Shown here one piece after another: positions 28,161 through 41,204 of a DNA stretch of 64,000 nucleotides. The DNA is from Mobula hypostoma (lineage: Eukaryota), in assembly GCF_963921235.1 (NCBI RefSeq), contig NC_086097.1:226488001-226552000 (forward strand), read 5' to 3'. Both the position numbers and the translations under genes were made by a program. The stretch's first letter is position 1. Each line of letters starts with the position of its first letter. The notes under the pieces are model-generated. The model worked only from the letters and a program-made list of their open reading frames with translations, searched no databases and had not been told where the DNA came from.

Positions 28161-29825
28161 TTTTTTATAAAAAAGAATACAAAGCTGCACTAAATGTTGG
28201 GGTTGCCAAGTATTAACTGACCCAAATAGTTTTACTCTTTAACATTAAAAAAAAATAAAACTTAAATAGGACTCAGTGTACTTTAGGAAGTACTTAAAAA
28301 CTTCGAAGCTGGAAGAGAGGAAGCTGTCATTCCGCCAGTCTTATTTTATAATGCTGTGATGAAATCAAAGTTTCCTACAGATCTGTGACTTCTGTGTCAG
28401 TGCCACACTTTACACTACAAGTTTGGCCCTGTTAAGCTGAACTTGCTCACTGTTATAGGTAGGAGAATTAATTATCCTGACTAGATGGTGAATGGAAGTT
28501 CATTGTTACAAGACAATGTGTCACCAAGTCATAATTTGAGTTCTTCACATTGTGGCAACATCAGTGACTGACTTGGCTTGATAGAAAGCAGGGTTTATGG
28601 AGGGGATCGAGATAGAATTTTTTGAGCCTCAGCTAAAAATGGACATTTTAGCTGCATTTTAAAGCTCATACTAAATTGCAAACATGCCAGTGATCAGTAA
28701 CATTTCTTGAATGGGTTCTTTCAGAGCAAATGGAAAAATTTTCGTGGTTCTGAGTTACAGTACAATTAAACAAAATTATTTGCGCATAAGACTTTCTGAA
28801 CCCTGCACAGAGAGATTTTATGTGTATTCTATATTGACACATGGCCTGGTTTAGTCACACACTGACTTGGTGTATTACACCTGTTCTTTGATGGGTGAGG
28901 CGCTGTTTCTTTTTTAAATACTATGTGCAGGCTACTTAGATCAGTAGCCAGTATATCATGGAACAGACATAAATGTTGAATCAGAAGGTCTGCTTCCCGA
29001 AGCCACGTTCTATGGTAATGCAGTGAATCAGGATACATTACATTCATAATTTAAATTGAATCGTGTTTTTTGTACTATGTACACTTGAGATGAGCATTTT
29101 GCCATTATTCTTCATTCTTTATCCTTTGGTTCTATGAGATTATTGAAACACTCGTATTTGTAACACTAATTTTACAAATGGATACAAAAGCTTTCATTGC
29201 ACTAGTTTTTAAAACCAGAACTAATAAAATGCCCTTTGAGAAACATCTGTGTTTCTGCGATCAAATTACATCTTATTGATTAACAATACAGGTTAAGTTA
29301 TGTTATGACGGAGCAGGTTCGATCAAATTGCTTTTTTTTAAACTTCAGTCAGTATTTTGTGGAAAGGACAGCGTTGAAAGATGGCAGAAGGCCAATCCAG
29401 CGGCTGAAGTTTCACAGATCACAAAATATTTAGAAGAGTAACGTAATGTTTCATCCATTCAGGGAGACCCTTTGATCACAGCAGTTAATTTTTTTAATGG
29501 TTTCAGGATTTTTTTCACTTCCATTATATTTAGAAAGTCTACTCCATATGTTGATCAATCAACGATTTTCAAATTTTAATCCCAAAGTGACTTTTTGCCA
29601 GTTTGAGCATGCCTGTCAGTGTAAAGTAGTACTTTTTCTGTAACTTCTTCAACCTGATACATGTTTATAGGAACACCTCAGAAACATTTGTTTCAATCCT
29701 GAAGCCCCCAGCTTCGTAACCTTTCATCTTAACTGAATTATCTAGACTCTACTCATCCCAGTGGTTGGAGGTCCCTTTTGTGCTAAAACTGGATTTAATA
29801 ATTAAGCTGCAATAATGGTCCTTCC

Positions 29826-30012
29826 AGCAACACACATCAAAGTTGCTGGTGAACGCTGCAGGCCAGGCAGCATTTCTAGGAAGAGGTACAGTCGATGTTT
29901 CAGGCTGAGACGTCGACTGTACCTCTTCCTAGAGATGCTGCCTGACCTGCTGCGTTCACCAGCAACTTCGATGTATGTTGCTTGAATTTCCAGCATCTGC
30001 AGAATTCCTGTT
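29826..30012 (+). mobile_element. Young palindromic Penelope-terminus-derived element with 14 bp target duplication
   Basis: Near-perfect ~75 bp inverted arms; flanks ATAATGGTCCTTCC (29812-29825) and ATAATGGTTCTTCC (30013-30026). Confidence 0.85.
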
Positions 30013-30267
30013 ATAATGGTTCTTCCGCTAGGATTGATCTTTATTTACTTGTTCATGTGTGGTCTATAGGTTTTAATTGCTGTTGTGCACTGGCAAGAAT
30101 CATGTTGCTGTACGTCTCTACCAGCATCACCTTTTGACTATTGGAACACACTTAATGGACAATGCTTGCCTGTTTATTTTCCTCCTCAATGTACAGTCCA
30201 ATTGGCTCCATCAATTATCTCTATATATGGAAACTGTGCTGAGATTCAGAAATCTAATGCCATGGAG

Positions 30268-30806
30268 TCAGAGAGAAGTACAGCACAGAAGCAGGCCCTT
30301 TGGCCCATCTAGTCTATGCCAAAACCGTTTAAACTGCCTACTCCCAACAACCTACACTGGGACCATAGCCCAGCTATCTATATATCTATCCAAACTTTTT
30401 TTAAATATTGAAATTGAGCTCACATGCACCACTCTCCTGACCCTCTGAATGAAGAAGTTTCCCCTCATGTGCCCCTTAAACTTCTCACGTTTCACTCTTA
30501 ACCCATGACCTCTAGTTGTAGTCTCACCCAACCTCAATGGAAAAATCCTGCTTGCATTTACACTATCTATACCCCTCATAATTTTACTTACCTCTATCAA
30601 ATCTCCTCTCAGTCTTCTACATTCTAAAGGAAACAGTCCTAACCTATTCATTTTTTCCTTATAACTCAGGTCGTCCAGACCCAGAAATATCCTTGTAAAT
30701 CTTCTCTGCACTCTTTCAACCTTGCTTACATCTGTCCTGTAGGTAGGTGATCAAAACTGGACATAATACTCCAAATTAGGTGTCACCAACGTCTTATAGA
30801 ACTGCA
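30268..30806 (-). mobile_element. CR1-like LINE 3' fragment followed by a short (CAA)n
   Basis: ORF 30352..30711(-) QRRFTRIFLGL...RRLRGDLIEV...TRGHGLRV is a CR1 ORF2 C-terminus. Confidence 0.88.
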
Positions 30807-32254
30807 ACAACAACAACAGCAACATCTACATCAACATGAAGGTAATATAGGGAAAACAAATCAAACCAAGGTCTTGCTTGCAGACTCCTGTTGACCGATC
30901 TCTCACAAAAAAATTTTGACAGGTATTAATTGAATATAAATATAGTATCCTGTTGTGAAGTAGCCTGAATAAGGGAGTGAACATCTGTTCAAAAATCTAT
31001 TCTGAAATCTCACACCTGTGAGTTTAATTAATTGCTTTTGTACAACTTTACCAAAAGTGTTTTAGAAGTTGAAATATGGCTTGTAAGACATAACAATCTT
31101 CTGGATCATAATTTCCTCAGAGTATTATGGCAAATTGGGTATATTGGATCTTGCAATTCAGAATCCAAGCCAACTGCTATTAATTGATAATTCCCTATTA
31201 TTTACTTTTCCCTTTTTTCTACTCTTTTTGCTTGTTCTGTGTTTTGCTCACTGCAGCCATTAATATTTCTTTTAACTTACTTTAAGATGGTTCACAGAAT
31301 TTGCATAGTATTAAGACAGTTTAATGAAAAACTGACTTGCAGTCAGTCTTATGACATCTTTTTCATGATTCGCACTCCTTCAGCAATTACGATTGCTGTT
31401 TAAAATTAACAAAATCCTTATAAACCTCAACAACCTTTTACTTCAAAGCCAGCATTGAGCATTTTGGAGGAAGGTGTGTTTCTTAGGCTTTCCATGTGGG
31501 TTTACAAACAAGCCACCTTTTGATTCATTGTCATTCAGGCTGCAACAGTAATATTTCACTCATTACTCAGTAAAACGTACAATGTATGTTTTCATCTGTC
31601 AGTATCTGTGCGTAGTCAAGCCGTTGTTATAACATGCTAAAAATCATTGGGTCGAACTCATTTGAAAACAGTCTGCTTTTAATACCTTCCAGATCACAGA
31701 GGCTGAGCTGTGCTTTAAAATGTTAGACTGAACCATTTTGTTTTTTTTAAGTATGAACCCACCAAGGACAGCAGGGTGCACTGCAATGGTATGCTGTTTT
31801 TTTTCCAATTTTCTTGCTGAAGTTTCAATCTAAGCCAGATTGAGGGAGAGAGCATATTCCTCTATAAGTACAGATCTGCTTGAGTGAGTTTAGTCAATTA
31901 CACCACCAAGCTATGTTGCACGCAGGACAATTTGAGCGTGTCTTCTGCAGTGCTCAAGGCCAGAATCAACAGAAGGCAGTGAGCAAATCTGCTAATGAGT
32001 TTGAAGACAGTAACTAGTGAAATTATAGTAGGGTATACTGGGGAATTCTTCCCTGTAAGTCGCCATTTTACATCTCTTTCCATTCCCTCTCTTCTTGTCC
32101 GACCTCAGCAAGATGTGCTGTCCTCTGTTTGGGATGAATACAACATTTTTTAGTGACCTTGAGAAGGATGAAATGTAGCTTTGATGTAAGGAAAGCCAGG
32201 TGCTGTTGCATTAAATAGGAGAATCCGGTTGCCATTATTTCCACTTTCCAGAAG

Positions 32255-32525
32255 CTCTACAGATCCAGCGATCAGAAGATTGGGGTTCATTCCCACCACT
32301 GTCCATAAGCAGTTTGTATGTTTTCCCCATGACTGCTTGGGTTCCCTTTGTGGGATCCAGTTTCTTCACACATTCCAAAGATGTGCAGGATAGGGTTAGT
32401 AAGTTGTGGGTATGCTACACTGGTGCCAGTAACACCTACTGGCTACTCCCCATACAGTTGACATAAATGAAGCATTTCACTGGGTGTATTGGTGTACATG
32501 TGACAAATAAAGCTAATTTAATCTT
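32255..32525 (+). mobile_element. Degenerate V-domain SINE
   Basis: GGGTTCATTCCCACCACTGTC B-box-like region, V core, tail TGTGACAAATAAAGCTAAT. Confidence 0.6.
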
Positions 32526-33191
32526 TATTTTCCTCACATAGCCTGATTGGGAGGCACTAAGAGTTGTAACATGTGGTGTTCAGTTGTTAAGAAGGGCTTT
32601 GTGGGGTGCTGGGAATGATCAGGGCATGGTTTTCAGAGGGATACTATGAAAGGTAGAGCTATCAAGGATTAACTGTATAGGGTGGGAGTGGACAGAGGGC
32701 TGAGAGACATTGGACAACTGTGCCAGGGCAATAGGAGCGATCAGAGGCTGCAGAACATTGATGGGAGGGTCACGTCACTGATCAAGGAGGGAAGTGACAG
32801 TGAAAGTGAGTGAGATCATGGAAATTAAGGAAAAGGTTGCAGAGTTGGGGGTGCTTTGTGATGTGTGCAGAACCTGTAGAGGAGCATCTTGTCATTACGT
32901 GATTACAGCATGGTTTGCTTGGACATCTTGGAGAGTTTTGTAATTTCCTCTTGTTTCAAGAGCAGGCCTTAAAAAGTTTCTGACTGCTTGATTTAGCTGT
33001 TCTGGTATTATTTTAGTTGCTCAGTTTCAGAATTAAAATACTATTCTAAATTGTATAGCTTTGCATTTCTCCCAGACAAAAACTTGTCCATGCTTACATC
33101 TCACTTCTAGATTTTTAAAGTATTATTTATGTTAGTATCATACATTTGATAATGTGCCACATCAAAAGTTACTGTGAAAGATAAAGGTACA

Positions 33192-33375
33192 TGTTGTTGT
33201 TGTTGTTGTTCCTTTTCGCACCTTGTGGTGCATTGGGGCAGCATTTTTTGCCATTTCTGTAGCAATTTGACTATTTTTATTTACGAGACCGAGTTGCTAG
33301 CTCGATGCTCAACACATCACGGATGGAAAGTGTGTAGGGAGCTGGCATAGTGGCATCAGCACTGGACTTTGAGAC
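33192..33375 (-). mobile_element. SINE fragment with (AAC)n tail, same family as 50746-50950
   Basis: (TGT)n followed by CCTTGTGG...TTTACGAGACCGAGTTGCTAGC, aligning by eye with 50746-50870. Confidence 0.6.
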
Positions 33376-33619
33376 AAACGTGGTGCAGGGAGTAACATAT
33401 TGATGTGGACAGCAGATCTACAGTCCTAATCATAAATGTGCATCTTTGATAATCTAGGACAAGGTTAAGTTCAACCGCAATATTTTTCAGACAAGAACAG
33501 CCACCAGTTTTTTTAGGATGTGGAGTTGTTGGCAAGAGCAGGATGGAATGTCCATACCTAAGTGCCTTTGGAAGATTCTGATGAACCACCATTTTGACCA
33601 GCTGTGGTCCTTCACATGA

Positions 33620-34215
33620 AGATTAGATTAGCTTTATTTGTTGCATGTATATTGAAACATACAGTGAAATGCATCATTTTGCCTTAACAACCAACACAGT
33701 CCAACAATGTGCAAGGGTGGTCTGCAAGTGTTGCCAACCTCCAGCATGCCCATAACTTCACACAAAGTCAGGCAACAACTATGGAAACGAACAAGCAGTC
33801 GGTGTTTTGGACTGAGGCCCTTCTTCAGGACTGGAAAGGAAGGGGGGAAGCACCAGAATAAAAGGGTAGAGGAGGGGGAAGGAGAATAAGCTAAAAGGTT
33901 ATATGTGAATCCAGGTGGTTGGGAAAGAGAAGGCCATGGACCAACAAGTCAGAATGAGAATGGGAATCGGAGTTAAAATATTCTGCTTTTGGCAGATGGA
34001 GCGGAGGTGCTCAACGAAGAGGCCCCCCAATTTACAACGGGTCTCTCCAGTGAAGAGGAGGCCACGTCAGGAGCACCAGACACAATAGATGACCCCACAA
34101 CTTACTCACGTTAAGCCATGCCTTGGAAGGTGGGAAGAAACTGGAGCACCCAGAGAAAACCCATGGAGTCACGGGGAGAACGTACAAAATCCTTACAGAC
34201 AGCAACAGCAATCAA
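33620..34215 (-). mobile_element. V-SINE interrupted by a minus-strand Penelope 3' fragment (~33760-34100)
   Basis: SINE tail GATTAGATTAGCTTTATTTG and core GGAAGAAACTGGAGCACCC...GGAGAACGTACAAA flank a segment that is the reverse complement of the Penelope nuclease and 3' region. Confidence 0.65.
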
Positions 34216-34287
34216 ACTCTCTTCTCTGATGTGTTAGGCTAAGCAATATGCAGTTGTGCAGATTTAGTAGATGTAGATCAAGGATAA

Positions 34288-34482
34288 TTGGAGGCCATGT
34301 CGTTGGGTGTATTTAAGGCAGAGATTGATAGGTTCTTGATTGGACATGGCATCAAAGGTTACGGGGAGAACGGCGGGAACTGGGCTTGAGGAAGAGAAAT
34401 AAAGGATCACCCATGATTGAATGGTGGAGCAGACTTGAGTGGCCAAATGGCCTAATTCTGCTCCTGTGTCTTATGGTCTTAT
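34288..34482 (+). mobile_element. CR1-like 3' end
   Basis: TATTTAAGGCAGAGATTGATAGG...GGCCAAATGGCCTAATTCTGCTCCT...CTTATGGTCTTAT, similar to the 3' end at 54020-54200. Confidence 0.75.
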
Positions 34483-34591
34483 AGATGATGTTTAGACTTG
34501 TTGATGGAGAAGGATCAGCATTATATTTCCATGTTGTGATCTGTGTAATTTGGAAGGATGTTGCCATCTGCCTACTGCCTTGACTGCTTGT

Positions 34592-35055
34592 TATACAGCT
34601 TAGAAACAGCCCCATTGCCCTAATTTATCTATCTTGATCAAATTGTCTATCAGAGCTAGTCCCAGCTGCCTGTGTTGTGCCTATATCCTTCTAAATCTTT
34701 CCAATCCATGTACCTGTCTAAATGATGTAATTGTACCCACCTCTACCACTTCTGGCAGCATTACATATACTCATCACCTCTGTGTGGAGGAAGTAACCCC
34801 TCAGATACACTTCTAAAACCTTCATAAATTTGTGCCCTCTAATTTTAAATCTGCACCCTGAGAGGAAAAGACTGTGACCATCTACCTTATCTCGGCCCCT
34901 CATAATTTTATGTACCTCCTATAAGGTCACTCCATGGTTTAAAAAGTCCAGCCTCTCTTTATAACTCAAGCCCTTTAATTCTGATAACATCCTCATGAAC
35001 CTTTTCTGTACCCTTTTCAGCCTAATGACATCCTTTCTTTTAGATGCACAACCAG
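34592..35055 (-). mobile_element. Degenerate CR1-like 3' fragment
   Basis: Reverse frames give MRGRDKVD.../RGH.../GYFLHT; similar to the other CR1 copies. Confidence 0.65.
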
Positions 35056-35232
35056 AGGTTAGAGGAGCCTAGACAAGCAACGGTAGTGAATTTTATAAAT
35101 GACTCACACTGCAGTAACAATGCACTATTGTGAAGGAAAGGAATATCTGGGGTGGTGAATGAAGTGAGATCAAATAGTCGGATTATTTTGGGGTAGGAGC
35201 GAAACTCTTGCATGCTATTAGAGTTGCTCTTT

Positions 35233-35310
35233 TTTGCTGAGTTCCTCCAGGATTTTGTGTGTTTTGCTTTGGATTTCCAGTATCTGCAGACTTTCTCGTG
35301 TTTATGATGT
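35233..35310 (+). mobile_element. Very short Penelope-terminus insertion with 10 bp target duplication
   Basis: TGCTGAGTTCCTCCAG...GATTTCCAGTATCTGCAGA flanked by GTTGCTCTTT at 35223-35232 and 35311-35320. Confidence 0.7.
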
Positions 35311-36909
35311 GTTGCTCTTTATCTGCCTGGATGAATATCTTTCATCACTGCCCTGATGTTCTTTCTGGAAAGGTTTAAAGGTGTCAGGATATTCAGTCTT
35401 CGACTATCTCTTGAAATCAGTGTTTATGTGATTTGTGCAGTTGAACTTCTGGCCAATGTTCACATTCTAGGATCTTGATGATGATGGCAAAGTCATTAAA
35501 CATCAAGGATAATTGTTTAAACTCTGCTGTTGGAGATGGTCACTGCCTGACTCTTCATGTGTGAATGTTTTTTTCTGCTTACCAACCTATACCAGGTGGC
35601 ATGTACAGGAGTAGCGTACTTCATAGTCAGAGGAATTGTAGATAGCTTTGAACATTATGCAATTATCAGTGAATATCCATAATTCTGACATGTTACAAGG
35701 TAGATTATTGACAATGCAGCAGAAGACGGATGACATTAATGTCTGGGGGGCTGAGATGATTGACCTCCCTTTGTGCCATTAACGGTTCACACATGTCGTG
35801 GGTGCTGTTGTGGCAGTTAATGGGTTAATTCTCTGCCACTCAGTTAGCTGCTCCCACATGGGAGGAGTTCACATATTGTACAAGCAGCGTTATCAATAAA
35901 GAGCAATTGGATATCCTGCATGCTGCTGTTCAGGGGTCTCTCTGCACTCTTCCTCAACTTTTTTACACACCAGGTACCCATCTTCAGTCCCTCAAACTAC
36001 CCTGCAGGAGTCATGTATCTAATTATTTCCTGTCTGTATTTTATTTATGTTGTGCATCCTCACTCTGGGTTAAGGTAATTTGTCATGTGGGTTTGGATGG
36101 CCGTAAAAATAAAGGAATGTGGTCACCTGTTTATTTGCATGGTGGTATGGAGAGGTGTGAGCAGGGAGCGCATATTTGTAGTTGACCGCACTGTTCTTTG
36201 TTTGAATTTGATCTATTTATGCTAGTCTCTCTCACTTTTACGTGAATTATGAAGAGCTGAATGATTTTTATTGTTGGTTTGTAATAAAGGATTAAAGGTA
36301 CTTTTTCGACTTGGTATTCGGTTAGTTGGAAGCCCGTCATACATTGTGATATTGTCTCACTTAGCCTCTCAGCAACTTTTAGTTTGTTTTCAAGTAGTCG
36401 CTACATTCCCTGTTCTATTTTAAACGAGTAGCTGTAATTAGGACCATGCTTCGTCATGTACGATGCATTGGTCACTTCCAATTCTGTCACATACAGATAT
36501 ATGGACAACAGGTAGCTCGGTCAGAATGATCTCAAGTACCGCTACCCTTCACGCTGTTTCAGTGACTGGAGTTCTGACTGTTGCATCCCTCCAGACGTGG
36601 CCAGTACCGTCAGCAGTGATGTTACTGTGTCACTTAATGAGTACTGTGCATGGCCCTACGACTTTCAGTGTCTCTTCCAAGTATTTCAACCTGGGGTGTA
36701 CTAGTTCTTTGTCCGTACCTGACTTTGTTGCTGTGAAAATTCACGAAGCCTAGGGTCAATGTTGTGGATTTCCAGAGCTTCTCCCTTCTGCCTTTGATGC
36801 ACCGTACATCTGCTTCTTGTGGGTTTCTCCTGCCACTCGGGGAGGACGTGTCCAGGAATAGTATCAGAGGATTCTGGGGTGTTGTCTGAAATATAAATCC
36901 ACGTGAGGG

Positions 36910-39097
36910 CACAGAAGAGATTCTGCAAATGTTGGAAATCCTGAGAAACAGGCACAAAGAGATGAAGGAGCTCAGCAGGTCAGATGGCATCTATGGAAAT
37001 AAATAATCAGTAAAGGTTTTGGGCTGAGACAACGGAAAACAGTAGGGGGAAGAAGCCAGAATAAGAAGGTGGGAGGAGGGAAAGAGTACAAGCTGGAATG
37101 GGATTGGTAAAGCCAGGTGGGTAGGGGAGGGGGAGGGATGAAGTAAGAAGTTGCGAAGTGATAGGTAGAAAAGGTAAAGAGCTGGAGAAGAAGGCATCTG
37201 ATAGGAGAGCAGAGTGGACCATGGCAGAAAGGGAAGATGGAGGGGCACCAGGGGGAGGTGATAGGCAGGCGAGGAGAAGAGAAGAGGTAAGGGGGTGCAG
37301 AATGAGGAATTGTAAAATTACTGGGAGTTGGAGAAATCAGTGTTTGTGTCATCAGGTTGGTGACTACCAAGACAGAACATGAGGTATTTTTCCTCCAACT
37401 TGAGAGTGACCTCATCATGGATGTCCAGTCCCTATACATTCTATTTCCCATCAAGAAGATCTTAAAGCTCTTTTCTTCTTGACAACAGGTGCGATAAGTT
37501 CCCCTCACTACCACCCTCCTCAGTCTGAAGAAACCGATCCTCACTCTCAACAATTTCCCTTTTGGCTTCTCCCACTTTCTCAAAACTCAATCTGTAGCCA
37601 TGGACCCCAACTTGGGCAGCAACTATGCCTGTCTTTTCATTGGGTATGTGGAACAGTCCAAGTTTCAAGCCTTCCCTGGTAATGCTCTTCAACTCCTTCT
37701 ACACTACATCGACAACTGCATTGGTGCATGCTGAGCTCATCAGTTTGATAAAGTTTGCCTCCAACTTCCACCCTGCCCTTAAATTCACTTAGTCCATTTC
37801 TGACACGCCTCTCCCCTTCCTCAATCTCTGTGTCTCCATCTCTGGAGATAAATGATCTACCGATATCTTTTATAAACCCACCGACTTCCACAGCTATCTT
37901 GACCATACCCTATCTCCTGTAAAAATGCAATACCATCTTTTACGTTCCTTTGTATCCGGTCTCAGAGATGTCCTCCTTCTTCAAGAACAGGGTTTCCCAT
38001 GCTCCACCATGACGCAGCCCTCACCTGCTTCTCCTCCATTTCCAGGACATCCACACTCACCCGAGCTTCCCGCCACCTTAACAGGGCTAGAATTCCTCTT
38101 GTCCTCACCTGCCACCACATGAGCCTCCGCATCTAACACATCATTCTCCGCAGCTTCCACCATCTTCAATGGGACCCTGCCACTGAGCTCATCTTTATTT
38201 TTCCTGCAATCCCTGCTTTCTGCAGGGATCGCTCCCTATGTGATTCCCTTGTTCATTTGTTCTTCATCACTAATCTCCCTCCTGACACTTACCTCTGCAG
38301 GTGGCCAAAGTGTTATACTTGTACATTCACCTCCTCCCTCACTGTCATTCAGGTCCTTCAACATTCTTTCCAGGTGAGGCAACACATCACCTGTGAATCT
38401 GTTGGGGTCGTCTACTGCATCTGGTGCTCCCAATGTGGCCTCCTCTACATTGGTGAGACATGTTGTAGACTTGGGGGACCACTTTGTTGCGCACTTTCAG
38501 TTCATCCACAAAAAACAGGATTTCCCAGTGGTCAATCATTTTAATTCCAGTCGCCATTCCCATTCCAATATGTTGGTCCATGGCCTCCTCTACAGCCATG
38601 ATGAGGCCATTCACAGGTTTGAGGAGCAACACATATTCCGTCTGGGTAGCATCCAATCTGATGCCATGAGCATCAATTTCTCCAACTTCTGGTAAGTTTT
38701 TCCCCTCCCCATTCCATCTTGTTTAATTCCCCACTTTGACCCCCTTCCTCTTCCTTCTTCTCCTCTCCTCACCTGCCTATCACCTCCCCCTGCTTCCCTT
38801 TCTCCTTCCCTTTCTCCCATGGTCCACTTTCCTGTCCTATCAGATTCCTTCTTCTCCAGCTCTTTACATTTGCCACCTATCATCTCCCAGTTTCTTATTT
38901 CATCTCCCTCCCACATCCACCTAGCTTCACGCATCATCTCCTAGCTTGTACTCTTTCCCCTCCCCCACACAACTTCTAATTCTGGGCTTTCTCCCCCTCC
39001 CTTTCCAATCTTGACAACGAGTCCCGGCCCGAAATGTTCGACTGTTTATTGATTTCCATAGATGCTGCCTGACGTTCTGAGTTCCTCCAGAATTTTG
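36910..39097 (+). mobile_element. Penelope-like retroelement (RT + GIY-YIG), 5' truncated, with an inverted copy of its 3' end at the 5' side
   Basis: RT motifs MDVQSLY (from 37417), AM.PQLG..YACLFIGYVEQS-like region, YIDN (37705-37716); VVYCIWCSQCGLLYIGET nuclease motif (~38405-38460); 36910-37420 is the reverse complement of ~38596-39097; degenerate duplication TCCACGTGAGGG (36898-36909) / TCCATGTCAGGG (39098-39109). Confidence 0.88.
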
Positions 39098-39299
39098 TCC
39101 ATGTCAGGGTGTTGAAGAGTGTGTGACACAACTCTCCCAGCTTAGACTCCAGTCATCAAGTGAGGATTTTGCATGTTTGACTAGACTGGGAGAGATTTCA
39201 CAGTGTTCATATTTAGTGTCGTTTTGATGATGAATGGTCTGTCTGTGTATTTTACGTATGTTTTTATTGTAGCAGTTTGATGGGACTGAATGGTTGACT

Positions 39300-39560
39300 G
39301 TTTCAGAGGGCAATTAAAAGTGAACCACATTGCTGTGGTCTTCTGTCACAAATGGGACAAACTGGTTCGGGCCTCAGGTTACCAAGTTTAAAAGGGCACG
39401 AGTGAACCAGAAGAGTGGTTACAACATTCTGTGGTCACTGTAACTGAAATTAGCAATTTTTTTTTAAAAAAGCTGAGTTATATAATTAGCAGAATTCTAA
39501 CTCTACTGCTGCTGAAACAGGATTTGAATTTCTGTCGCTCAACTGGTAGCCTAGGCACTA
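39300..39560 (-). mobile_element. Old, probably Deu-domain (SacSINE-like) SINE relic
   Basis: GAGGGCAATTAAAAGTGAACCACATTGCTGTGG...AGTGAACCAGA...GGATTTGAA resembles the shark SINE as I recall it; a similar relic lies at ~25990-26340. Confidence 0.4.
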
Positions 39561-39974
39561 AGTGAAGTTACAAATAACGTCGTTCAGTCTGAGCGTACGC
39601 TCGCAAGGAAACATAGAAGATAAAACCAGCACATTTTTAAAATAGTTTTTAATTTGCATACTGGTAGTAAGGAACATGTGTTCTTTGAAGCTTTTGTGGT
39701 CCTTGCTCATTAGCGGTGTACAATGCTGGGCGTACAAGGACGGCTGCAAAGCAGTCGCTATGTTTTTGTAATGAACCCAACGTGCTTTAGTAACAAAAAG
39801 TGATGAGGTTTTAAACCTGCATTTTATAAAGCCTTGCTAGTTAGGGTAATTAAGGACAATGTTGACCAATGAAAACGAAGTCAGGTCAGGGCTTACAACA
39901 GTGAGATGAGGGATTGCTGTCACAAGAAATCTGAGAAAGATGGGTTTGCAGAGGATGGAGTCAGAGGGCGATAG

Positions 39975-40420
39975 CAACATGGAAACAGGCCCGTTGACCC
40001 ACTAAGTCCATGCTGATCTTTAGGCTGCTGTTTTTACGTTTTTATTCTCCTCATCAGTTAACCCCCTCTTCACAGATTCCACTGTGCATCGAGTAGTAAG
40101 GCCTATTAACACACTAGCCTACACACTTTTTGGAATGTGGGAGGAAACATAGAAAATAGGTGCAGGAGTAGGCCATTCGGCCCTTCGAGCCTGCACCGCC
40201 ATTCAGTGTGATCACGGCTGATCATCCAACTCAGAACCGTGTACCAGCCTTCCCTCCATACCCCCGATCCCTTTAGCCACAAGGGCCATATCTAACTCCC
40301 TCTAAAAATTAGCATATCAGGATCTTATAGAAGAATCCCACGCAGTCAGAGAAAACACACGCAGACTCTGCATGGAGAGCACAGGCAGCCATGATCAAAT
40401 CTGGATAGTTGGGGCAGCCT
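39975..40420 (-). mobile_element. V-SINE with a young CR1 3' end (40144-40303, minus) inserted
   Basis: SINE core GGAATGTGGGAGGAAAC breaks into GAAACATAGAAAATAGGTGCAGGAGTAGGCCATTCGGCCCTTCGAGCCTGCA (reverse complement of 54140-54200), and the SINE resumes near 40330. Confidence 0.72.
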
Positions 40421-40551
40421 GTCTGGCCATGTCTCCAAGGTGTGGTGGAGTATGAAATGAGAGGTAGCAATTACTGGGAGAATGGGGCTGTTGATTGATT
40501 ACTAATCTTCTTAGTTCCACGGAAAGCTGCTGTGCATACTGATTGCTCTGA

Positions 40552-40736
40552 GTAACACGCACAAAATACTGGAGGAATTCACAGGTGAGGCAGCTGAGTT
40601 CAAGTTGCCAGAGTTCAGGCAAAGTCGGCTCATTATTCCTTCCCATAGATGCTGCCTGACATGCTTGAGTTCCTGCAGCATTTTGTCTGTGTTCCTCTGG
40701 CTTTCCACCATCTGCAGAATCTCTTGTGTTTATTGT
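40552..40736 (+). mobile_element. Penelope-terminus-derived hairpin element
   Basis: ACAAAATACTGGAGGAATTCA...TGAGTTCCTGCAGCATTTTGT; flanking TTGCTCTGA at 40543-40551 and 40737-40745. Confidence 0.7.
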
Positions 40737-41039
40737 TTGCTCTGAAGCAGGCCAGAGGCAGTGAAAAGTAGAATGATTTTAGGAGAAATTTCCATCATTT
40801 CAGAAAGCACATCACTCCGGTGACCTAACCAAGAAGTGCAAGCTCATCTTTCAGTGCATGGTGACATGTCTGAGAGAGTGGAATTACTCAGCTTCATGTT
40901 CAAACAGGTCATTTTTCAACTGATTCTGATAATACAGTATATGTTTGATAAATCAGGTGCTGAAAGATTTCTAACTGAGGATATAATTAATCCAGTTGCA
41001 AGATCCCAGGGCTAGAAATTCTGTTTCTTAGAGGTAAGT

Positions 41040-41200
41040 TGGCGAGACAGTGGCATGGTTAGTGAGCAGCTGCCTAGCAGCTCCAGTGATCCGGGTTCAA
41101 CACTGACTTCTGTTGTTGTCTGACACCATGGAGTTTGCCTATCTCCTTCTGATGTTTCTCTGGGTGCCCCGGTTTCCTACCATGTCCCAGAGCCAAGGTT
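41040..41200 (+). mobile_element. tRNA-headed V-SINE fragment
   Basis: A-box-like GTGGCATGGTTAG, B-box-like GGTTCAACAC, core GGGTGCCCCGGTTTCCTACCA. Confidence 0.6.
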
Positions 41201-41204
41201 GCTA

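Noticed and set aside
36081..36351. Possible second solo LTR (TGTCA...GTGATA with internal AATAAA)
   Set aside because: The right end lacks CA and no target duplication is visible; evidence too weak.
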